This document shows positions 39,527 to 48,444 of a stretch of DNA of 64,000 nucleotides, one piece after another (the stretch's first letter is position 1; each line of letters begins with the position of its first letter). The translations under genes were made by a program, and so were the position numbers. The notes below the pieces were generated by a model, which saw nothing but the letters and a program-made list of their open reading frames with translations, had not been told where the DNA came from and did not search any database. Origin of the DNA: Promethearchaeota archaeon (lineage in GTDB: Archaea; Asgardarchaeota; Lokiarchaeia; Sigyniarchaeales; SOKP01). The stretch spans positions 9,250 to 73,249 of the forward strand of contig JBHLNS010000011.1 of assembly GCA_048941285.1 (NCBI GenBank). The letters run 5' to 3'.

Positions 39527-41674
39527 TTGATGGCTACGTTATTAATTACCGAAAAAAAAAAAGCTGCAGAAGCGATTGCAAATGCTTTAGGTACTACTTC
39601 AATAATAAAGCTGACAAAAGGATTAAATATTTATGTCATATCATCAAAAAATATTTATATAATTCCTTTACGTGGCCATCTACTTGAATATAGAAATACG
39701 GAATATTATAAAAGTTGGACAAATCCCCCTCCACGTGAAATTATTACAAATTCCGATTCTATTAAAAAATTTCAAATCAGTGGATTAAACCCTTATATTA
39801 AAGCTATTAAGGAGTATGCTAAAAAAACTGATCAAGTAATAATTTCAACTGATGCAGATATTGAAGGATGTAATATTGGATTATTTGATGCGCTTCCTTA
39901 TGCAAAAAAAGCAAATCCGAATATAAAAATATCACAATTATGGCTTAGCTCTCTTCAAAAAAATGAAATTATTAATAAATTTAATAATCTAATCATACCA
40001 AAATATAGTTGGGGTGAATCAGGAGAAGCAAGAGCTATAATTGATGCATTTATTGGTTTTTCTGCTACTAGAGAAGTAACAAACACTCTGCGACCTTTAC
40101 TAAATAAATTTAGAGTTCGATTTACTTCTATTGGACGTGTTCAGACTAGTCTTCTCTATTTAATATACCTTAGAGAAAAAGAGATTTTAAATTTTGTTTC
40201 AGAACCATATTTTTTGATTGATGCTGATCTAATACATTCAAAAGGAATTTTTAAAGCTCATCATAATCAAAATCCCTTTTCTAAGGATCAAGAAATTAAA
40301 GCAAAGCAAATCTTTCAAAAAATCAAAGACGAAAAGATTGGAAATATAATTGATAACTCCAAGAAAGCCATAAGAAGATCTCCGCCAACTCCTTTGAATA
40401 CTTCAAAAGCTCTCGTGTTAATAACAAAGAATTTAAGAATTTCACCAAATAATGCTATGCAAACGATGAATGCTTTATATTTGAATCAAATAATCTCTTA
40501 CCCGAGAACTGATAGTGACGTATATAAAGCAGACTTTAAACATAAAGATATTATAGAGCAATTTGTTTTACATCCACAATATAAAAACTATGTATCAACC
40601 CTATTAAAAGATAAAAGAATAACTCCAACCAAAGGAAAAAAAGATATGGGAGATCATCCACCTATTACACCCCTTGAAAGTTTAGATCTGAATAGTCCCA
40701 GATTTGAAAACAAATTACAAATAAGAGTTTACGATCTTCTTTCGCGTCATTATCTCGCTCTCTTTGGCGAGGATGCTTTGGAATCAAAACAATCTTTAAA
40801 AATCTTAATTAAAGATGAAAAATTTCATGCTCAAGTCGTTTCGTTGATTTCTCCGGGGTTTTTAGACATCGCTCCCTTTCTTAAACCACAGTATGAAGAG
40901 GAGATCCAAATTATAGGAGACACAGTTCCTATAAAAGAAATTTTATTTCTCGAGAAAGAAACGCAGCCCCCTCCGAGGTATAATGATACATCCTTGCTTA
41001 AATTAATGGAAAAAAATCATTTAGGTACAAAATCAACAAGACCTATAATAATTAAGTTATTACAAACTCGTAAATTAATTAAGAGAACAAAAAATAATTA
41101 CATAATAACTGATTTAGGAAAATTTATAATTGAGAATTTAATTGAGATTTGGCTTCCTTTCTTAAAACCAGATTTCACTAAAAATGTGGAAGAAAGGCTT
41201 GAAGAAATTAAGAATCAGAAACAAAGCATGAAGAGTGTTGTAAATGAGATAAGGATGGAATTTTTGCAACTCTTTGATAGGTTCTTAGTCAATAAAACAA
41301 AATTAGTTTCTAAAATTGATAATTACAAGCTGGATTATACCATCCCTCTAACTTCTTCAAATTGCCCTTTTTGCAGTAAAGCACCCATGAAATTCATAAA
41401 CATTAAAAAAAAACGGTTTTTAGTCTGCTCTGATGATAAATGCAAAAAATACTTATCGTTACCTAAGAACGGGAATTTAGAATTATTAAGTTCGACTTGC
41501 TCAATCTGCAAATTTAATATATTTAGAATTTCACTAAAAAAAAATAATAAAACTTTTGACTATTATTTATGTCCTAAATGCTGGAATGAAGGTTTTAATG
41601 ATAAAACAGGTAAAGGTTTTTGTTCTAATTGTGAGGATTTTAAAATTTATAAGGGGCAATGCATAAAAAAATAA
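39527..41674 (+). CDS. topA: Type IA DNA topoisomerase (TopA/Topo III-like) with C-terminal Zn ribbons
   Basis: ITEK, TDADIEG, GRVQT, ISYPRTDS, DHPPITP, LGTKSTR; C-terminal CxxC pairs. Confidence 0.92.
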   Translation: MMATLLITEKKKAAEAIANALGTTSIIKLTKGLNIYVISSKNIYIIPLRGHLLEYRNTEYYKSWTNPPPREIITNSDSIKKFQISGLNPYIKAIKEYAKKTDQVIISTDADIEGCNIGLFDALPYAKKANPNIKISQLWLSSLQKNEIINKFNNLIIPKYSWGESGEARAIIDAFIGFSATREVTNTLRPLLNKFRVRFTSIGRVQTSLLYLIYLREKEILNFVSEPYFLIDADLIHSKGIFKAHHNQNPFSKDQEIKAKQIFQKIKDEKIGNIIDNSKKAIRRSPPTPLNTSKALVLITKNLRISPNNAMQTMNALYLNQIISYPRTDSDVYKADFKHKDIIEQFVLHPQYKNYVSTLLKDKRITPTKGKKDMGDHPPITPLESLDLNSPRFENKLQIRVYDLLSRHYLALFGEDALESKQSLKILIKDEKFHAQVVSLISPGFLDIAPFLKPQYEEEIQIIGDTVPIKEILFLEKETQPPPRYNDTSLLKLMEKNHLGTKSTRPIIIKLLQTRKLIKRTKNNYIITDLGKFIIENLIEIWLPFLKPDFTKNVEERLEEIKNQKQSMKSVVNEIRMEFLQLFDRFLVNKTKLVSKIDNYKLDYTIPLTSSNCPFCSKAPMKFINIKKKRFLVCSDDKCKKYLSLPKNGNLELLSSTCSICKFNIFRISLKKNNKTFDYYLCPKCWNEGFNDKTGKGFCSNCEDFKIYKGQCIKK

Positions 41675-41683
41675 AATTTGCAA

Positions 41684-42022
41684 CTAAAAGATATGTTTTG
41701 AATCAAAGCGATATGCTGCTCGTGTTAAACCAACATAATTATCAGATATCTTATAATACATCTTACCATTAACGATTTTTTTCTGGAGATAATTATTTTT
41801 AATATAATGATTTAGTGACGATATCATCGTGCCTAAAGTGACAGCTCCAATAAATTCGTGCTGCTTCTTTGTGACTCTTATTAATTCTAATTCAGAATGC
41901 CATTGACCATCGAGAAGTGCCATTAATATTTCATTTTTTATAGGAGTATTAATATCTTTAATTTTATTAAATAAATTTGAATAACTGGGCTTATAGTACG
42001 GGTTTTCTTTAAAATCTTCCAT
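41684..42022 (-). CDS. Small winged-helix protein
   Basis: ILMALLDGQWHSELEL...GKMYYKIS. Confidence 0.7.
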   Translation of the reverse strand: MEDFKENPYYKPSYSNLFNKIKDINTPIKNEILMALLDGQWHSELELIRVTKKQHEFIGAVTLGTMISSLNHYIKNNYLQKKIVNGKMYYKISDNYVGLTRAAYRFDSKHIF

Positions 42023-42416
42023 ATTTGATGAGACCTAAAAAATCGTGATTATATTAAGGACTAATAATAGAATTTTTTATTTAATCAAATATGTGATCTC
42101 TGTATTATGAGGATATTCTATTTAAATACAAAATAGTCATTAATTTATTTATATTGTATCAATTTGTTCAGTTCATTCAAATTACCGAATTTAAAGGGCT
42201 CGGAAAATAGAAATACAATATTTCTTTATATTTTAGTTATGATAAAAAAAAGCCAAAAAACAACTATTTAAGCCTTAATTTTTCTTCTAAAATTCAATTT
42301 CAGACTCTTTATGAAAACTTACAACATTTAATCAAAACAAAAAATGAAGAAATTGAGAAAATACATATAAATATGAAAATTTATCGGCTTTATCACTAAA
42401 AATCATGTAAAAATGG

Positions 42417-43538
42417 TTATAAGAGATTTGGTGGTATTCCTTCATTATAATATCTAACTCTTGTAATCCAATTTTGAGAAAACTCGGGTATCATTGCTAA
42501 TATTGATCCCCCTATCCAAACAGAAAAAGTTCGCTCCATTGGAGCAATAATTCTAATCCCAAGATTCTTTTTTTTCCTCCTAGCCAATTCTAATTCCAGC
42601 TCTTGATACATTCGTGATTTTAAATTGGGGAACATTGAGGACCCTCCTGATAGAAAAATGTTATTTAATAATTGAGGACGGATGTCTAGATCACATGCTT
42701 CTATGACATCCATAATTGCTACATGTAATGCGTCTTCTTCTAACTCTGAAGCTGGTTTAAATAACAATTCGGGGACGATAAATCGTTCTTTATTAAGTGA
42801 AATTGTAGAACCGTCAGGTAAGGAATATTCTTTCTCATATTGTTCGCTTCGTTTTAAATCTTCATTATAATCTAACGACACAAAACATGCCTTTTCTTTT
42901 AACACTCTTACTAACTCTCGACGTATTGAAGAATCAACAGACCATCCGATAGATTCTAATACATTTTCCATATAACGAGTTATTACTCGCCCTCCTATAT
43001 CCAAAATCCTAACAGCATGTTCTAATTTGTATCCTTCATAAATTGGAACTATTCTAGTATTGCTATCCCCAATTTCTACAATTAAGCCAGTTTGAAATCC
43101 TCCTGAATAGAGCGTTAGCATTGAATCTAATACGGGATAAAAAGCCATGCATTGGTATCTTTCTAAAAATAATTCAAATACCTTCTCTAGATCTTGGTAT
43201 GGAAATAATGGATGTACTGCAAATAGTACATTAACGAGTGTGGGGTCAACTCTTAAATTATAAAAGATATAATCAATAATATTTGTTAAATGGTTCCAAT
43301 CTACTACAATTCCTTTTTCAATTGGATGAAAAATTTTATATAATCCTATTGATTGAATTTCATCTCCTACATATATTTCATCTTCACGAGACTCTTTACC
43401 CCCATAATTAACACCGACATCTTGATATTTCGGTTTACCAACCATTGTAAGAAATACTTGAGAGGGTGTATCTTCCCCCGCAAATCCAATTTTTGTCGAA
43501 AACTGACCAATATCAAGAACAACTGTAAGATTTCCCAT
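42417..43538 (-). CDS. Divergent actin homolog (Asgard actin-related protein)
   Basis: VLDIG...KIGFAGED.P, YVGDE, PIEKG, VPIYEGY, KEKACFV, YSLPDG, ERFIVPE, LSGGSSMFP, VWIGGSILA. Confidence 0.95.
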   Translation of the reverse strand: MGNLTVVLDIGQFSTKIGFAGEDTPSQVFLTMVGKPKYQDVGVNYGGKESREDEIYVGDEIQSIGLYKIFHPIEKGIVVDWNHLTNIIDYIFYNLRVDPTLVNVLFAVHPLFPYQDLEKVFELFLERYQCMAFYPVLDSMLTLYSGGFQTGLIVEIGDSNTRIVPIYEGYKLEHAVRILDIGGRVITRYMENVLESIGWSVDSSIRRELVRVLKEKACFVSLDYNEDLKRSEQYEKEYSLPDGSTISLNKERFIVPELLFKPASELEEDALHVAIMDVIEACDLDIRPQLLNNIFLSGGSSMFPNLKSRMYQELELELARRKKKNLGIRIIAPMERTFSVWIGGSILAMIPEFSQNWITRVRYYNEGIPPNLL

Positions 43539-43669
43539 GCCTCAATTTTTCTAAATTTAATTTAAGATAATTACCCTAAGTATCTATATCTAATATATTA
43601 ATTTAATTATTAAAAAAATACTATTAAAACTAATAATTAGATAAAAAAAGAAGAAAAATCTAAAATATC

Positions 43670-44362
43670 TTATTCTCCTCTCATGATTTTCTTCAGACGA
43701 TTCAATTCATCTAACATCTCATCTCGAAGAGAACTTAATCCTCCACCAGCTTTTGGAGCCACTGCTGATGCTGCTGGAGGACCAGCACTAGGTGGTCCAG
43801 GTCTTTTCGCAAATGCAGGTGCTGCCGGAGGACCAGCACTGGGCGCTTTAGGAGGACCACCGCTTGGAGGAGCACTAGGGACACCTCCGCCAGTAGGAGG
43901 CAATTTTGGGGCGGGAGGTAAACTAGGTTTTTTAGGAGGTCCACCACCACTTGGTGGCGCAGCAGGAGGACTTACTTTTATAGGAGGACCAGCACTGGGT
44001 GGTTTAGGAGCAGATGGAGGTCCTCCACCAGGAGGCGCAGGAGCTGCTGGAATACTAGTCATTGGAGCTGCTGCAGGGGCTTGAGCTGGACTTCCACTAC
44101 TTAATAATGAAAATAATGTACTTGCTGCTGCAGTCTTAGCTTGACCACTAGTTGAAGCAACAATTTTTTTAGAGGAAGTACTTACAGTTTGAACCTCTTC
44201 AACAACAGAAACTTCCTTCAAATCTTTCTGAGCTTTAGCCAATGACTTAATAAAGTCATTTATTCCCTTTACTGTGTCTTCTAGATCATCAGCTAAAGAA
44301 GTTAAACCTTTTTTCATAAAATTAATTACTCGTTCAATCTTTTTCTGTTCTTTTGAAACCAC
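43670..44362 (-). CDS. Coiled-coil + Pro/Gly/Ala-rich protein with C-terminal WH2-like helix-LKKI motif
   Basis: N-terminal heptad helix; about 100-aa PP/GGPP repeat region; SLRDEMLDELNRLKKI; GTG start with AGAGGA upstream. Confidence 0.85.
   Translation of the reverse strand: MVSKEQKKIERVINFMKKGLTSLADDLEDTVKGINDFIKSLAKAQKDLKEVSVVEEVQTVSTSSKKIVASTSGQAKTAAASTLFSLLSSGSPAQAPAAAPMTSIPAAPAPPGGGPPSAPKPPSAGPPIKVSPPAAPPSGGGPPKKPSLPPAPKLPPTGGGVPSAPPSGGPPKAPSAGPPAAPAFAKRPGPPSAGPPAASAVAPKAGGGLSSLRDEMLDELNRLKKIMRGE
43740..44095 (-). repeat. Degenerate intragenic repeats encoding PPS(A/G)GPP(K/S)AP units
   Basis: Recurrent GGAGGACCAGCACT on the + strand; local GC spike. Confidence 0.75.
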
Positions 44363-44618
44363 GATCTATTCAATTCCTCTAATGTTTTTAAATAATTGAT
44401 TAAAGTAAAAATTACTATTTATAACCTTTATATTTTTATTATATTAATATGTATTTATATTTTTATTCCATTCTTTTTCAAGTCTATAAATCCCAATATT
44501 ACGTACATCTAGAAAAAACGTTAACTATTAAAAAACCTAAACTAATAATATTATAAAACATATTTCATTAGTAAGTTTAAAAATTATAAAAATTTCAATT
44601 TCAAGAAATTAAAAAGGT

Positions 44619-44894
44619 TTGCATAAAATGCCTAAGCGAGAACTATTCATTAAACGGGTTTATGAAATTGTAAACGAGCTTAAAATCCCCCTAATCGATG
44701 AGAGAGTTTATGATAGCGTTAAGTTCAATACAGGGGCAGCAGTTGCAGCTGTTATTTTCAGGTTTGAGGAAGATGAATCTGTAATTCGTGGATTTTTAGG
44801 TCTTGCTGAATACTTTCATACAGTTGTGATCAAGCGCAAAGATGAATTCTATATTCCCCATGCTTCCATTCTTTTCAGACTTATAAGTGCTTAG
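44619..44894 (+). CDS. Small hypothetical protein divergent from the Pro-rich/actin pair (likely start ATG at 44628)
   Basis: Clean globular-looking ORF of about 88 aa followed by a T-rich tract. Confidence 0.75.
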   Translation: MHKMPKRELFIKRVYEIVNELKIPLIDERVYDSVKFNTGAAVAAVIFRFEEDESVIRGFLGLAEYFHTVVIKRKDEFYIPHASILFRLISA

Positions 44895-45014
44895 GGTGAA
44901 GCTTTCTCAATTATTGATCCTCATCTCCTTTTATAAAAATCTTTTTTTTACTTTTCTTTAAAATCTTAATTGTCAAAATTTGTATTTTTAACTTTGGCTA
45001 TTAAGATATTATAT

Positions 45015-46379
45015 CTATTCCAAGAGTGAAGATTTAACATAATAGGTTTGGTTAATTTTTATGTTTTTATTTATTATTAGTATTATAATAACCCAGATTA
45101 CTAACAAATAAAAATTTCTTGGAATCACAAGAATAATTAACGAAGTACCTAAAAAATATATAGACCATCTTATTTTGTCAATATTTTTTTCTACATTTAG
45201 ATCTTTGAAATGAAAACATAACCATAAAATAATGATGGGGACATGGAAAGTGAAATAATATTTATATACACCCCTAGGCAAGAATAAATGAGATGAAAAA
45301 GCTGTATATGTAATAATGTCTAAAAATTTTAACCAATTTAGAGTTTTTTGATAATACCAATAATGTAAGAACATTATTATAATTATTTCTATAACAAATA
45401 TGCCAATGAAAGAAAAACTTAAAAACCCTACAATATAAATTGTCCAATATGGGAGATTCAACCCTACTAAAAAGCTATACCAATGTACTGGAGAATTAGA
45501 ATTTGGAATTTGAAGATCTGGTAAAAACGTAAATCCTTGAGTGACAAATATAGAATTTATATACCCTCTGGGATTAATTATAATCCATGGTAAAGATCCT
45601 ATTAATATAGTTCCTGATAATATTGTAGAATATATTAAAAGATTTTTAAAATATTGAGTTATAAATTTACCCTCTTTATTTTTACTAGATTCAATCACAA
45701 TATAGGCAAGTATAGGTAAAATGAAGAATATAACAATCTGCTTAAAAAGAAATGAAGTTGCTAACAAAATGCAAGCGGATTTATATTTTTTTATAGAAAT
45801 GAAATATAAAGTTATTATAAAGAAACAAGTTACAAGTGACGTGTTTAATAACAAGCCGCCGTTATAGAAAATTAATAAAGGGCAAAAAATTGTAGTTAAA
45901 AAACCCCATTCTGCTACTTTTACATTACATTGTGTTAAAAGGAACTTGTAAATAATAATTGGCAGTAAATTTGTTGAGATTAAAAGAGGAATAAATATAA
46001 GGTTGAGATCTATTAAACCCGGTAATGTTATAATATATAGAAAAAAGGGGGGATAAATGTAATAATATTGCCTAAATCCAACAAATAAATCCCATAAATA
46101 AGAAAACCAATTTGTATATCCTTCTATATCCGGAAAAAAGTAAGTATAGGGAATCCAATTTTCATGGAGCAAATTTTCTACAAAAGATTTATACCATATT
46201 TGATAATCTTGATATGGTTCAAGAGAAGATCTTAAAAATTCATAGAAGAAGGTATTTTGAGAAATTTGAGATATCCAATTAAAATAATTAAATCCAATTA
46301 TAAGGAAGATTTGGATAAAGAATGAAATTAAAAAAGCGAAGATAAGCTTTTTTCGGAATTTTAGATTATGCAATCTCAT
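45015..46379 (-). CDS. GT-C fold membrane glycosyltransferase (GT87/PIG-M-like)
   Basis: QDY, YIYPP, FLFKQ, YKYYF; many TM segments. Confidence 0.72.
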   Translation of the reverse strand: MRLHNLKFRKKLIFAFLISFFIQIFLIIGFNYFNWISQISQNTFFYEFLRSSLEPYQDYQIWYKSFVENLLHENWIPYTYFFPDIEGYTNWFSYLWDLFVGFRQYYYIYPPFFLYIITLPGLIDLNLIFIPLLISTNLLPIIIYKFLLTQCNVKVAEWGFLTTIFCPLLIFYNGGLLLNTSLVTCFFIITLYFISIKKYKSACILLATSFLFKQIVIFFILPILAYIVIESSKNKEGKFITQYFKNLLIYSTILSGTILIGSLPWIIINPRGYINSIFVTQGFTFLPDLQIPNSNSPVHWYSFLVGLNLPYWTIYIVGFLSFSFIGIFVIEIIIIMFLHYWYYQKTLNWLKFLDIITYTAFSSHLFLPRGVYKYYFTFHVPIIILWLCFHFKDLNVEKNIDKIRWSIYFLGTSLIILVIPRNFYLLVIWVIIILIINKNIKINQTYYVKSSLLE

Positions 46380-46411
46380 TTTTTACATTTATAACAAATT
46401 TTATTTAAGAT

Positions 46412-47122
46412 TTATTTGTTTAAGATATAATATTTAGAATTGCCTATTATGTCTAATACTTCCGCTTCAGGAACATCATACCAATTCTTATAAGCATCAG
46501 CAACTGCAAACCATAAATTAGTTCTTACATTCGGGCAAAAGATCTCAGAGACTTCATGTTTTATAATTTTAATAGTCCTCAGGGGAGCAGTTGGTATAGC
46601 AATATAAATGCTTTTTGGATTATATTTCTTTATCATGCTAATTCCCGCCAACATTGTAAATCCTGAGGCTAACCCATCATCAAGTAATATTACATTCTTA
46701 GATTGAATGTTTCTAGCATAAAGTTCCTGTAAATTTAAACTTCTTCCATAAAATTTGATTCTTTGTTCTATTTCTTCTTTGGTTAATGCTATCGAATATT
46801 TAATTTGCTTATCAGAAAGGTTTAATTGGCTTAATAATGGTTGATTAAAGAATACGGTGCCATCAGTCGTAATCGCACCAAATCCCGCTTCAGTATTATG
46901 AGGAATTTTTAATTTTCTGACAATTAGAATATCATAGTAGATTTTAAATTGTGAACAAAATCCTTCGGTTACTGGTACACCTCCATTAGGAATCGCAAAA
47001 CAAAAGAAGTTTTCAGGAGTTTGTGAAATTTTACCATAAAATTCTTGATAACTATCCTTAATATAGTTTGTAAGTATTTTTCCTGCTAAAAATCTTGATT
47101 CATACTTTAATGCGTTAATCAT
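46412..47122 (-). CDS. Putative phosphoribosyltransferase
   Basis: AIPNGGVPV, VRKL...EAGFGA, ILLDDGLASG PRPP loop. Confidence 0.9.
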   Translation of the reverse strand: MINALKYESRFLAGKILTNYIKDSYQEFYGKISQTPENFFCFAIPNGGVPVTEGFCSQFKIYYDILIVRKLKIPHNTEAGFGAITTDGTVFFNQPLLSQLNLSDKQIKYSIALTKEEIEQRIKFYGRSLNLQELYARNIQSKNVILLDDGLASGFTMLAGISMIKKYNPKSIYIAIPTAPLRTIKIIKHEVSEIFCPNVRTNLWFAVADAYKNWYDVPEAEVLDIIGNSKYYILNK

Positions 47123-47277
47123 AGAATTTAATTGAAGATTTTTTTTTTAGAATTAATCTTATACTTGACCGAATAGTTATGTATTATATAAAAGCATTTA
47201 TCTGATAAATTTATATATATGAAATTGGATTAGTAATGTAACTATTCTATAATCCACAAAAAAATAGATGAGAATAT

Positions 47278-48102
47278 ATGAGGAAATCTATCCCAATATT
47301 AGTATGCTTGTTAGGGATCTTTTTCTTTATACCCTTTATAAATTTCTCTAGAGCCTTACCTCCTTCGTATATCGGAGTACAAACAGGTGAACAATATACA
47401 TGGACACTAAGGATAAATGCTAATACTTTTGCACAATATGCAACTGATACGGGGCAACCTATTCCACCAGAATTCTCCATGTTTGAAACTATGGGGGGAA
47501 TTCAAGTGAGGGGTACAGTAGCTTGGATTAGTGATGAATATATTGACATATTTAACTATGTAATAATTAATTTAACCATAGCTATGTATGTACCGGGATA
47601 TGGGTGGATGGAATATCCTGAACCAGGAAACCCAACACCTTTACCTATTATTGTATTAAGTAATGAAACATCAAATTACTTCAATAATACGCTAAATGCA
47701 ATGGGAAGCATCACTTTACCACCCCCTATTTCTTTTGCCCTTCCATTTTTAATTGTCCCTCATAATTTAAACTGGACAGATGCAATCTTAGGTTTAAATG
47801 AGCTATTTCAGGGATTTACTGGAGGAATGACTGGAATAACTATTGAAGAATTTGGAAGAGGATTCAAAGTCACAATACCCGAACAACTGGTCAATAGTAC
47901 TGTTGTAAAACAAACGGAATATATTGCTCAATGGAACGAAAAAGGTGTTTTTGGACAAGGACAAGTGCTTTATGGAGGTGCGACATTGATGGCTGTGAAT
48001 GTCCCGGAAGCCGAAATTCCTGGATTTGAAATCACAATTCTTGTTAGCGTTCTAGGGATTAGTACGATAGGATTAGTTTATTATATAAAGAAAAGGAAAT
48101 AA
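47278..48102 (+). CDS. Exported surface protein with IPGF-TM-basic C-terminal sorting signal
   Basis: Signal peptide; C-terminal EIPGFEITILVSVLGISTIGLVYYIKKRK. Confidence 0.85.
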   Translation: MRKSIPILVCLLGIFFFIPFINFSRALPPSYIGVQTGEQYTWTLRINANTFAQYATDTGQPIPPEFSMFETMGGIQVRGTVAWISDEYIDIFNYVIINLTIAMYVPGYGWMEYPEPGNPTPLPIIVLSNETSNYFNNTLNAMGSITLPPPISFALPFLIVPHNLNWTDAILGLNELFQGFTGGMTGITIEEFGRGFKVTIPEQLVNSTVVKQTEYIAQWNEKGVFGQGQVLYGGATLMAVNVPEAEIPGFEITILVSVLGISTIGLVYYIKKRK

Positions 48103-48171
48103 TACTCTAAATTAATAATCTTTTTTTTTTTTATAATATTAAAACTTAAATAATTTATTATTTAGATTCAG

Positions 48172-48441
48172 ATGGAATTTTTTGATTCAGTACTATTTAT
48201 CTTCTTTATATTAATTCTGTTATGGCTTATCAAAGCCGATTTTCTTTTTTTAATTTTAGGTATAGCTGCATTTTTATATTTTCTAATTATATTATTTTCA
48301 GAAAATCCTCTTCAAATAACATTTTCAATTTTGAATTTTTTATTTATGAACCCTTTAGGTTTATTTCTAATTTTTGTCCCACTAATTTTATATATCTTAA
48401 AAGAGGGTGTGAAAAAATATTTGAGTCAAAAAAGAGAATAA
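48172..48441 (+). CDS. Small membrane protein
   Basis: Three hydrophobic segments. Confidence 0.5.
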   Translation: MEFFDSVLFIFFILILLWLIKADFLFLILGIAAFLYFLIILFSENPLQITFSILNFLFMNPLGLFLIFVPLILYILKEGVKKYLSQKRE

Positions 48442-48444
48442 ATT

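Noticed and set aside
43683-44084. 134-codon Gly/Ala-rich ORF on the + strand, and the alternative-frame ORF 43735..43950
   Set aside because: Shadows of the GC-rich Pro-rich gene (CCN codons read as GGN on the opposite strand).
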